From: an uncultured Spirochaetales bacterium
Lineage (GTDB): Bacteria > Spirochaetota > Spirochaetia > Sphaerochaetales > Sphaerochaetaceae
Reading direction: 5' to 3'
DNA length: 37,432 nucleotides
NCBI GenBank assembly: GCA_902796335.1
Contig: CADBOI010000158.1
Span: 1 to 37,432, forward strand
The notes under the pieces were generated by a model that did no database searches, was not told where the DNA came from, and saw only the letters and a list, made by a program, of their open reading frames with translations. A program made the translations under genes and the position numbers. Position 1 is the stretch's first letter; each line of letters opens with the position of its first letter. Of this stretch, positions 17,269-25,052 are shown piece after piece.

Positions 17269-18079
17269 TTCTGTTCAGGTGATGCAGAACAGCCTCAAGG
17301 ACTCCACCTGCTATGGCCATGGCCTTGTCCGAGCAGGTGGTATGGTCCGTTTTCTCTCCGCGTGGATCCACATCGGCCACCTTGAATCCTTCGGTGACCT
17401 CAAGCCCGCTGAACAGCATGCCGCGGATCTTGCCTGATATCAAGGTTTTTACAGGAATCTGTCCGTTTGGGCCATCGACATAGGCAACCGTCTGTCCTGC
17501 GGCCACTATATCACCGATTTCGCAGACGGCATGGAACGTTCCTCCGCAGGGACTGTGCATGACGCGCTCCATTCCGTATCCTTCAATGATTCCCGGAATT
17601 CCCGTGTTCGGAATTGCCGACCCGTTGTAGATGATCCTGCCGAGGGTGTGGCCTCGCTTCGTCTCAATAACCGCATCCACATCATCCGGAGCTTTGAAGC
17701 CCGGGCCGAGTGCTATTGTCAGGGGTGCCATGTCACGGCAGGTTCCCAGGTTCCTCTTTGCTATTATGGCATCGACAACAACCTCGGGACGGAGTTCTGA
17801 TATCAGCTTGCCTTCAGGGTCCTCGACCACGGCGACAGTGCCGGATAGGGCGGTTCGGAGAGCGTCTTCTCCGGTGCATTTCCTTGCTCGGATTCCTTCG
17901 ACCTCTGTCTGTCCGGTCAGGAGGGCCTGAGCAAATGCCACGGTCCTGCGGATTACCGTCGGTTTCCCGATGTCCAGCATGATGACGGGGAAGCCAGAGT
18001 TGTGCAGCCTTACGGCGGTTCCGGTTGCAAGATCTCCGGCTCCGCGGATGATTACCAGTGTTTTTCTGATGTCGGTCAT
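17258..18079 (-). CDS. YqeB/XdhC-like Rossmann protein (selenium-dependent molybdenum hydroxylase accessory family resemblance)
   Basis: The track ORF reaching 18277 is over-extended and would overlap the GH5 start. The ATG at 18079 gives MTDIRKTLVIIRGAGDLATGTAVRLHNSGFPVIMLDIGKPTVIRRTVAFAQAL..., 273 aa. The family call is from remembered sequence patterns. Confidence 0.65.
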   Translation of the reverse strand: MTDIRKTLVIIRGAGDLATGTAVRLHNSGFPVIMLDIGKPTVIRRTVAFAQALLTGQTEVEGIRARKCTGEDALRTALSGTVAVVEDPEGKLISELRPEVVVDAIIAKRNLGTCRDMAPLTIALGPGFKAPDDVDAVIETKRGHTLGRIIYNGSAIPNTGIPGIIEGYGMERVMHSPCGGTFHAVCEIGDIVAAGQTVAYVDGPNGQIPVKTLISGKIRGMLFSGLEVTEGFKVADVDPRGEKTDHTTCSDKAMAIAGGVLEAVLHHLNRIRT

Positions 18080-18196
18080 GGTTGTGATTATATACCCGTT
18101 GGATGAATGATAGAATAATGGTTTTGCTGAAAAAACTGTGAAAAGACGTGGGAGTTTTTCACTTGTTAGGATAGAATGGGCAGGTAGGAGGACGCC

Positions 18197-19246
18197 ATGA
18201 ACAGTTTCAAGGGTTTTCAGAAGGGAGTGAATCTGGGTGGCTGGATATCCCAGTTCAAGGAGTATGACACCAGACACTTCGAGACTTTCATCACGGAAAA
18301 GGACATTGCCGACATTGCCTCACTCGGTTTTGACCATGTCAGGGTTCCTGTGGACTACAATGTCCTGGAAGATGAGGAAGGTATTGAAATCACCGGTGGT
18401 TTCGAATATTTGGAGCATTGCAGGCAGTGGTGCGAGAAATATGGACTGAACATGCTCATTGACCTTCATGAGTGCTACGGATATTCGTTCGATCCTCTTA
18501 AGAAAGGCATGGACAGAAGGAAGTTCTTCTATGACCAGGCTCTTCAGGAAAGGTTCTTCAGCCTTTGGAAGAAGATTGCAGAACGCTTTGCCTCCTATCC
18601 TGACCAGGTGGCGTTCGAGCCGCTGAACGAGGTCGTTCTGTTTGAGGTCAAGGATGCCTGGAATGCCGTCCTTACCAAGTATATAAAGCTGATGAGGTCC
18701 ATCGCTCCCGGAAGCTACATCGTGGTGGGAGGTGTCTTCTACAACAGCGTGATGACGGTAAAGGATCTGGATGTTCCCGTGGACGACAGAATCGTCTACA
18801 ACTTCCATTGCTACGAGCCGACAGTTTTCACGCATCAGGGCGCCTACTGGCAGGAGAACATGCCGCTGGACTTCAGGACCGTTTATCCGAAATCCGTCGC
18901 TGAATACAGAGAACTGCATGAGAAGATCTACTGCGACAGGGACAGTGCCATATTCATGGACGGTCTGACGGACATGGGTCCCGGTTTCTTCGAACGAATC
19001 TTCGAGCCTGCCCTTGAGAAGGCAAGACGGGACGGGGTTGCCATATATTGCGGTGAGTACGGTGTCATAGACAAGGCCGACAACGAATCGAAGATCCGCT
19101 GGCTTGAGGACATCAGCGCTGCATTCGGGAAGTACGGAATAGGTCATGCCCTGTGGAACTACAAGGAAAAGGATTTCGGGCTTGTGGATTCCCGCTTTGA
19201 ATCGATCAGACAGAGGTTCATAAAAGACATCAACGGCACTATGTAA
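18197..19246 (+). CDS. Glycoside hydrolase family 5 (cellulase/endo-beta-glycanase type), cytoplasmic
   Basis: RBS AGGAGG. 349 aa with no signal peptide. Motifs: GVNLGGWIS, FDHVRVPVDY, acid/base in FEPLNEV, HCYEP, and nucleophile in YCGEYGV. Confidence 0.9.
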   Translation: MNSFKGFQKGVNLGGWISQFKEYDTRHFETFITEKDIADIASLGFDHVRVPVDYNVLEDEEGIEITGGFEYLEHCRQWCEKYGLNMLIDLHECYGYSFDPLKKGMDRRKFFYDQALQERFFSLWKKIAERFASYPDQVAFEPLNEVVLFEVKDAWNAVLTKYIKLMRSIAPGSYIVVGGVFYNSVMTVKDLDVPVDDRIVYNFHCYEPTVFTHQGAYWQENMPLDFRTVYPKSVAEYRELHEKIYCDRDSAIFMDGLTDMGPGFFERIFEPALEKARRDGVAIYCGEYGVIDKADNESKIRWLEDISAAFGKYGIGHALWNYKEKDFGLVDSRFESIRQRFIKDINGTM

Positions 19247-19299
19247 CAGGTGAAAGCCTCGTTTCAGTAAAATAGGGGATGACAATCCGCCTTGATGGT

Positions 19300-19314
19300 G
19301 ATAGACTGTCTATC
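19300..19314. promoter_or_regulatory. Perfect 15-bp palindrome immediately upstream of the LRR lipoprotein start codon
   Basis: GATAGAC-T-GTCTATC has 7-bp arms and a 1-nt centre, and ends 3 nt before the ATG at 19318. A 1-nt centre cannot form a hairpin loop, so this looks more like a dimeric protein-binding site. Confidence 0.3.
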
Positions 19315-19317
19315 GCC

Positions 19318-21714
19318 ATGAACCCAAAACATTTTTCTTTTTATTTGACACTTGTTGTCGCTTTGCTGGCTTTGATGATTGCAGCCGGCTGTACAAACGA
19401 AGTTTCCAAGGTCACCGAGGGAACGCTCACAGTAAGAATCTCAGATGCGAATTCGAGAGGAATTGAGCCTTCAATCTCCATGCTTGTATCAAAATACAAA
19501 GTCGCCATCTTAAAATCCCAGAACGTCGTTGAAAAGACGGCCGAGGTAGAGTCCGCTGTAAGCACCATTGATTTCAAGCTTAAGGCCGGAGACTACACCG
19601 TAACGGTCGAGGCCCTGAACGATGAGGAAACAACCATTGGAATCGGATCAAGTTCGATATCCGTTGTGGCAGGGGATGTGAACTCCGTGACGGTGAACGT
19701 TTCCGAATGCAAAGGAGAGGGAACGTTCTCTGTGGCCATCGAGGCAAACAGCGGTTATGCTCTGGATCTCGTTATCTATGACCTGTCCGCCGAGGAGGTT
19801 GTCAATGACCATCTGGTGTATGACAACGGAACATTTGTGACATCCGAAAAGATAGTTCTCCCTAACGGATTCTATTTATTCGCAGTTATCAGGACTGATA
19901 CGGGTGAAGCGATTAAGGAAGATTCTCTGAGAATCATTAAGGATTCGACGTCTTCCTACATGGCCACATTCACCCTCTATTCCGACGGAAGCCTTTCCAT
20001 CGTGAACGAGGTTCTGGTTGTCCCTGAAATTGAGTTAACACTGAACAAAGTCAAGTTCACTTCTTCCGAAACACTGACCGCAAGTGCAGATGTGACCGGT
20101 TTGGAGGACTATTCCTCATACTGGATAGTCGATGGTATTCCTTTTGGCCCTTTCGGCATCTATGAGGATCTTTCACTGGATCTTTCGGATCTGGGTCTGG
20201 GTGACCATGAGGTTATGTTCATGGTCAGCAAGGGAAAGCTGGTCTGGTCTCAGTCCGCAGGTTTTGAAATCTACAAACCTGACGGAGATATGTGTCAGGA
20301 GAACGGAAGCAGCATTCAGCATGCCTGGAAGGTGACGAAGGTTGTTCCGCCGACGCATACAGCGGAGGGATACACAGAATACGAATGTACTGTCTGCGGA
20401 GCCACGAAGAAGGTTGTGGCCGGGAAGGTCGAGGACCATAAGTGGGCAGAGAGCTGGAGTGAGGAGACACGGGACGGACACAGGCTTCTTTACAATGCCT
20501 GCCTGGTCCCGGGTTGCGACGAAAAGCAGTACTTCGGTTACCAGTTTGCGAAATACTTTGAAGTGACAGAGAACGGAGTACTTGAGTATCATGGCTACGC
20601 AGGAACTGTCGAAGACTTCGAAGTCTTGATGATTCCGACAAAAATCGGAGACAGGATCGTCACGGCAATCGGAGATTATCTTTTCGATTATTACGCTTCT
20701 ATGTGTTTTACACTGTGGGGTACAAAGAAGGTTGTTATACCGCCTTCCGTGAAAGTAATCGGAAAAGGTGCGTTTCAAAGAAACAATTCAATGGAAGTAA
20801 TCCTCCCTGATTCCGTAACAACCATAGATGACGCTGCGTTTTACCAAACAGGTCTGAAAAACATCGTTATTCCGTCAAGTGTGAAGACAATCGGAGTAGG
20901 TGCCTTTGAAAAAACAGATCTGACTAGTCTCTTCATTCCTTCAAGTGTAGAGCAGATAGGTGAAAATGCTTTCAGATATTGTTCTCATCTACAGAGCGTA
21001 GTGATTTCACCGGGAGTTACCGAGATATCACCCTATATTTTTGCATTTTGTGAAAATTTAACCAGTGTCACTTTGCCCGAAGGTCTCCTTAGTATCGGAG
21101 ACTCGGCTTTCGAATCTTGTTGCAACCTGAGCGAGATCAATATTCCTTCAACTGTGACAAATATATTGAGTTGCGCATTTTTAGACACCGATATCCGGAG
21201 CATCGTGATTCCGTCCGGAGTAACAGTAATCAGAGTATGTACTTTCCGAAGCTGCATAAACCTTGAAAGAGTAGAGCTCCCGTCAGGAATCACCAGTATC
21301 GGAGATGAGGCTTTCTATGGTTGCACCAGTCTCTCAACCATCAGTATTCCCGATACCGTTGAAAGCATCGGTGAGTTGGCATTCTCCAACTGTACAGGTC
21401 TTACCTCTTTTACTGTTCCTGACGGAGTAACACAGATAGGTAAATCGGCGTTCTCCGGATGTACAGGCCTTACCAGTTTTATCATTCCTGATGGAGTAAC
21501 ACAGATAAGTGAAAGCACGTTCTCTATGTGTTCAAATCTTGAAAGCATCACCATTCCGAAAACTGTCACAAAGATTGATTTCGGAGCTTTCAATTATTGT
21601 TACAGCCTGACGACAATCAACTTCACCGGAACAGAAGACGAATGGGCCGCCATAGATAAAGAAGATTTGGTGATGCCCTATAATTGCACAGTGCTGTGCT
21701 CCGATACCATCTGA
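19318..21714 (+). CDS. Surface lipoprotein with an N-terminal beta-rich module, Cys motifs and a C-terminal BspA-type leucine-rich repeat (LRR_5) array
   Basis: The ATG at 19318 gives the lipoprotein signal MNPKHFSFYLTLVVALLALMIAAGC, which matches the paralogue's signal in length. The C-terminal half has about 13 repeats of roughly 23 aa (IPSSVKTIGVGAF / LPSGITSIGDEAFYGC / VPDGVTQIGKSAFSGC ...). Confidence 0.85.
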   Translation: MNPKHFSFYLTLVVALLALMIAAGCTNEVSKVTEGTLTVRISDANSRGIEPSISMLVSKYKVAILKSQNVVEKTAEVESAVSTIDFKLKAGDYTVTVEALNDEETTIGIGSSSISVVAGDVNSVTVNVSECKGEGTFSVAIEANSGYALDLVIYDLSAEEVVNDHLVYDNGTFVTSEKIVLPNGFYLFAVIRTDTGEAIKEDSLRIIKDSTSSYMATFTLYSDGSLSIVNEVLVVPEIELTLNKVKFTSSETLTASADVTGLEDYSSYWIVDGIPFGPFGIYEDLSLDLSDLGLGDHEVMFMVSKGKLVWSQSAGFEIYKPDGDMCQENGSSIQHAWKVTKVVPPTHTAEGYTEYECTVCGATKKVVAGKVEDHKWAESWSEETRDGHRLLYNACLVPGCDEKQYFGYQFAKYFEVTENGVLEYHGYAGTVEDFEVLMIPTKIGDRIVTAIGDYLFDYYASMCFTLWGTKKVVIPPSVKVIGKGAFQRNNSMEVILPDSVTTIDDAAFYQTGLKNIVIPSSVKTIGVGAFEKTDLTSLFIPSSVEQIGENAFRYCSHLQSVVISPGVTEISPYIFAFCENLTSVTLPEGLLSIGDSAFESCCNLSEINIPSTVTNILSCAFLDTDIRSIVIPSGVTVIRVCTFRSCINLERVELPSGITSIGDEAFYGCTSLSTISIPDTVESIGELAFSNCTGLTSFTVPDGVTQIGKSAFSGCTGLTSFIIPDGVTQISESTFSMCSNLESITIPKTVTKIDFGAFNYCYSLTTINFTGTEDEWAAIDKEDLVMPYNCTVLCSDTI
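20731..21630 (+). repeat. In-frame coding tandem repeats (about 66-69 nt period) encoding the LRR_5 array
   Basis: The repeated peptide unit x-[IVL]-P-x-[ST]-V-x-x-I-G-x-x-A-F-x-x-C-x-x-L occurs about 13 times. Adjacent units 21391-21459 and 21460-21528 are near-identical at the DNA level. Confidence 0.8.
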
Positions 21715-21719
21715 ATGCC

Positions 21720-22793
21720 ATGAACAGAAAACTTGTTTTACGTGTTCTTTTATTGGTTTCTCTTTTATATGAGCTGATGATTCTGGCCGGTTGCTCCAAC
21801 GAGGTCGTGGGAAAGCTCTCGGTCAGAATCTCGGATGCGAATTCCAGAGGAATCAATTCTTCGACACCCATGGATGTGGATCATTATTATTTGACCCTGT
21901 ACGACAAGGATCATATTGTCATTACGGATCATATCCTTTATCCCTCGGTCAGTGTCGTGGATTTCTCTCTTGAACCGGGCGAATACATTTTACAGGTAGA
22001 GGCAAAAAATGAGTATGGGTTTATCATCGGTGAAGGCTATTGTGATGCCGAGGTTGTAGCAGGGGAAAGAAACTGTGTGACAATCAACGTCACCGAGGTC
22101 GAAGGATACGGAGAATTCAATGTCTCCATCCTTGCTAACAGAGGACCTGATCTGAAACTTGTCATCTATGACGATGAGCATGAAATCCGTTACGAGGAGA
22201 AGCTCAACCACGAAAACGGTTTCTACTTTCCTGATCAGGCTGTGTCCCTGATGAACGGTTTCTACGTATTCGAAATAATCAGAACGGACAATAACAAAGT
22301 GATCGAAAGGGACACACTGAGGATTGTCAAAAGCAGCACTTCCACATATGAGGCCACGTTCACCTTCTATTCCGATGGAAGCATTTCGATTGTCAACGAG
22401 CTAATTTTAGTTCCTGAGATACTGATTACGATTGACCGTGATCAGGATTATCTGACGGCAAGTGCCAGTGTGCCAGGTTTGACGGACTATTCCTCATGCT
22501 GGTTCGTTGATGATGTTGCTTATGGATACTACGGAATCTACAAGGACCTCCGTTTGGATCTGGCTGATCTGGAAGTGGGCGAGCACGAGCTGATGTTCCT
22601 GATCAGAAAGGGTAGTCTGATCTGGTCACAATCGCAGTTCTTCACTGTTGATGAAACCGACGGAGATCTATGTCCCATGCAAGGGCAAAGATCTTCCCAT
22701 GCATGGGAAATCACATCCACCGACAGTGAAGTTACAACCTATACCTGCTCTGTCTGCGGGGCAACGAAGACTGTCAGCACGGAATCCGAATAG
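21720..22793 (+). CDS. Lipoprotein paralogous to the N-terminal ~355 aa of the LRR protein, with no LRR array
   Basis: The ATG at 21720 lies 6 nt after the upstream stop. Signal MNRKLVLRVLLLVSLLYELMILAGC. Blocks shared with 19318..21714: VRISDANSRGI, NGFY[LV]F..IRTD, ATFT[LF]YSDGS[LI]SIVNE, DYSS.W.VD, and HAW...C[TS]VCGATK. Confidence 0.8.
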   Translation: MNRKLVLRVLLLVSLLYELMILAGCSNEVVGKLSVRISDANSRGINSSTPMDVDHYYLTLYDKDHIVITDHILYPSVSVVDFSLEPGEYILQVEAKNEYGFIIGEGYCDAEVVAGERNCVTINVTEVEGYGEFNVSILANRGPDLKLVIYDDEHEIRYEEKLNHENGFYFPDQAVSLMNGFYVFEIIRTDNNKVIERDTLRIVKSSTSTYEATFTFYSDGSISIVNELILVPEILITIDRDQDYLTASASVPGLTDYSSCWFVDDVAYGYYGIYKDLRLDLADLEVGEHELMFLIRKGSLIWSQSQFFTVDETDGDLCPMQGQRSSHAWEITSTDSEVTTYTCSVCGATKTVSTESE

Positions 22794-22795
22794 AG

Positions 22796-22828
22796 TATTG
22801 CACTTTTCTGGATGGCTCTGGTGCAATA
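22796..22828 (+). terminator. Hairpin 3 nt after the lipoprotein stop (weak terminator candidate)
   Basis: TATTGCAC-17 nt-GTGCAATA followed by TTT. The stem is 8 bp, the loop is long and the U-tract is short. Confidence 0.3.
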
Positions 22829-22841
22829 TTTGCACTTTACA

Positions 22842-22945
22842 AGCTGAGTTAGTGCCATATAGGCTATTTTATGAGTTTTGCACTACCATTTTTCGAAATA
22901 GTTAGAGCGAAAAGGAGAAAAAGGCAGTTCTGCACTAACTCAGCT
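22842..22945. repeat. 14-bp perfect inverted repeat flanking a 76-nt spacer, abutting the RBS of the downstream GNAT gene
   Basis: AGCTGAGTTAGTGC (22842-22855) and GCACTAACTCAGCT (22932-22945) are exact reverse complements. The SD sequence AGAGGTG starts at 22946. Confidence 0.6.
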
Positions 22946-22958
22946 AGAGGTGACACCA

Positions 22959-23438
22959 ATGATTATAAGAAAATACAATCCGAATGATCTTCCATCGATG
23001 ATTGCTATATGGAATGAGGTGGTTGAGGACGGCATCGCTTTCCCGCAGGAGGAACTGCTGGATGATGTGACCGGAGCAGCGTTCTTTTCCTCCCAGAGCT
23101 ATTGTGGTGTCGCTGATGATGACGGTAAAATTCTTGGTCTGTATATCCTGCATCCTAATAATGTCGGCAGATGTGGCCATATCTGCAACGCAAGCTATGC
23201 TGTCTCGTCCGATGTGCGTGGAAAGCATATCGGAGAGCAGCTTGTCCTTGATTGTCTGAAAAAGGGAAAGGAACTAGGCTTCAGAGTTCTGCAGTTCAAT
23301 GCTGTTGTGGAAACAAATATACACGCAAGGCATCTCTACGAACGCCTGGGCTTCAAACAGCTTGGAACAATTCCCGGCGGATTCAGAATGAAGGACGGAC
23401 ATTACGAGAATATCTGTCCGTATTACATTGAACTGTAA
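22959..23438 (+). CDS. GNAT family N-acetyltransferase
   Basis: The track start at 22950 is a GTG that lies inside the SD. The ATG at 22959 follows AGAGGTG. 159 aa: MIIRKYNPNDLPSMIAIWNEVVEDGIAFPQ...RGKHIGEQLVLDCLKKGKELGFRVLQFNAVVETNIHARHLYERLGF. Confidence 0.85.
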   Translation: MIIRKYNPNDLPSMIAIWNEVVEDGIAFPQEELLDDVTGAAFFSSQSYCGVADDDGKILGLYILHPNNVGRCGHICNASYAVSSDVRGKHIGEQLVLDCLKKGKELGFRVLQFNAVVETNIHARHLYERLGFKQLGTIPGGFRMKDGHYENICPYYIEL

Positions 23439-23625
23439 TGGATGCATATCTGATGTTCTGGAACAGGCTACATGGTTGAGATCTGCGGGAATCGAGATTG
23501 TTATTGTACATCTTATGATCTTGTCATGTTGGAGTGGTTCTGAAGAATGTTGTTTTAAAAATGGCAGGATATGCAAAAAGATGACAATTGCTCCTCATTC
23601 CATTCATCATCCAGAATTGAAATTG

Positions 23626-23656
23626 AGAGACTGGCCTTTGTTGGTCTCTTTTCTTG
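23626..23656 (+). terminator. Short hairpin plus T-tract in the long GNAT-OYE spacer
   Basis: AGAGAC-12 nt-GTCTCT followed by TTTCTTG. It lies 190 nt downstream of the GNAT stop and 45 nt upstream of the OYE-like start. Confidence 0.35.
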
Positions 23657-23699
23657 AGGCATATTAACCTGTAGAATCTGTTAGTTAGGAGATATCGAA

Positions 23700-25052
23700 A
23701 TGAGTCTGCATGAGAAATTCAACTTTGAAACGCTCGCTGATATTAGAAAGAAGACCTCCGAGCTGGGGTTGGGAATCGGATTTGACGAGAATCTGGATGT
23801 CCTCGGAACCCCGCTTGCGGTGGGGAAACTGATATGTCCCAACAGATTCGCAGTACTTCCTATGGAAGGTTGTGACAGCAATCCTGACGGTTCTCCCTCT
23901 CAGCTGGTTCATGACAGATATCTCAAATATGCAGAAGGTGGCTTCGGTCTTATCTGGTTCGAGGCAAATGCCATTGTCCCTGAGGGAAGGGCTAACGAAC
24001 TTCAGATGATGCTCACAGCAAGCAATGTAAGTAAGTTCAGAGAACTTGTGCAGGAAGTCGATGATCTTTCGATGAAGAAACACGGATTCAAACCAATCAA
24101 GATCCTGCAGCTCACACATTCAGGACGATACAGCAGACCTGAAGGACATATTGCCCGTCCTCTGGTTCCGCAGCACGATCCGCTTCTGGACAAGGGAAGC
24201 GAGGTCATTGTTTCCGATGAATATCTGGACAGCCTTGTGGAGCGTTATGTAATCAGTGCCATGCTTGCCAAAGAAGCCGGATTTGATGGCGTGGATATTA
24301 AGGCATGCCACAGATATCTGATCAGCGAGCTATTGGCCTCACATACCAGAGAAGGCCGGTACGGTGGGTCTTTCGAGAACCGCACCAGACTGCTTCTTTC
24401 TGTAATCAGGGCCGTCAGGGAAAAACTGGGTGATGAATTCATTGTTGCAAGCAGATTCAATGTCTTCGATGCCCATCCTTATCCATACGGATTCGGGTGT
24501 GACAAGGACGACATGTGGAAGTTCGATCCGTCGGAGCCTGTCAGACTGGTCAGGGAAATGGTCGCTTCCGGTGTTGGTCTCCTTTCTAACTCCGGCGGAA
24601 ACCCGTATTACATCTACCCGCAGGTCACCAGACCGTTTGATAAGTCCAGCTACGGAATCCCTGTTCCTGAAGAACATCCGCTTGAAAGCGTGGACAGACT
24701 ATTCGTTCTTACAGAGGTTGTACAGAAAGCTGCGGGAAATGTGCCGGTAATCGGAAACGGATACAGCTGGCTGAGACAATTCCTACCCAATGCCGCTGCT
24801 TCAAACATCAGAGCCGGACGTTGTTCCATGGTTGGTCTGGGTCGTGAAAGCTTCGCCTATCCTATGGCACCGGCTGATGTCTTTGAGAAAGGAGCTATGG
24901 ATCCCAAGAAGTGCTGCATCACCTGCTCTCTGTGCACACAGATAATGCGTGATCATGGGACAACGGGATGTGTAATCAGAAACAGTGGTACATATATGCC
25001 ATTATATAAGAAATTCAACGCTGAAGCTGTTGAAAGGGAACATCGAAAATGA
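23700..25052 (+). CDS. Old Yellow Enzyme-family NADH:flavin oxidoreductase TIM barrel, ending in a [4Fe-4S] Cys motif and lacking the fused FAD/NAD(P)H domain
   Basis: RBS AGGAG. 450 aa with FAVLPMEGC, QLTHSGRYS and GFDGVDIKACHRYLISELLAS...GRYGGSFENRTRLLL (OYE/2,4-dienoyl-CoA reductase-type barrel). C-terminal C-x2-C-x2-C-x11-C (CITCSLCTQIMRDHGTTGC, nt 24915-24971). Confidence 0.85.
   Translation: MSLHEKFNFETLADIRKKTSELGLGIGFDENLDVLGTPLAVGKLICPNRFAVLPMEGCDSNPDGSPSQLVHDRYLKYAEGGFGLIWFEANAIVPEGRANELQMMLTASNVSKFRELVQEVDDLSMKKHGFKPIKILQLTHSGRYSRPEGHIARPLVPQHDPLLDKGSEVIVSDEYLDSLVERYVISAMLAKEAGFDGVDIKACHRYLISELLASHTREGRYGGSFENRTRLLLSVIRAVREKLGDEFIVASRFNVFDAHPYPYGFGCDKDDMWKFDPSEPVRLVREMVASGVGLLSNSGGNPYYIYPQVTRPFDKSSYGIPVPEEHPLESVDRLFVLTEVVQKAAGNVPVIGNGYSWLRQFLPNAAASNIRAGRCSMVGLGRESFAYPMAPADVFEKGAMDPKKCCITCSLCTQIMRDHGTTGCVIRNSGTYMPLYKKFNAEAVEREHRK

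Noticed and set aside
18080-18277. N-terminal 66-codon extension of the YqeB-like ORF
   Set aside because: It would overlap the GH5 start and RBS. The family-typical N-terminus (MTDIRKTLVIIRGAGD) begins at the ATG at 18079.
18320-19285. 321-aa minus-strand ORF opposite the GH5 gene
   Set aside because: The GH5 frame carries both catalytic Glu motifs (NEV, GEYG) and a strong RBS. The antisense product has no recognisable features.
21720-22793. Possibility that the second lipoprotein is a truncated pseudogene of the LRR protein
   Set aside because: It has its own intact lipoprotein signal and an uninterrupted frame, and it ends cleanly after the shared Cys motif. The 165 nt downstream show no LRR-coding remnants in any frame. 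I therefore call it a CDS, not a pseudogene.
23428-23667. 79-aa + strand ORF and 100-aa minus-strand ORF (23274..23576) in the GNAT/OYE spacer
   Set aside because: They are Cys/His-rich with odd composition and no RBS, and they overlap the GNAT 3' end. I treat the region as non-coding spacer (see the finding) rather than calling a gene.
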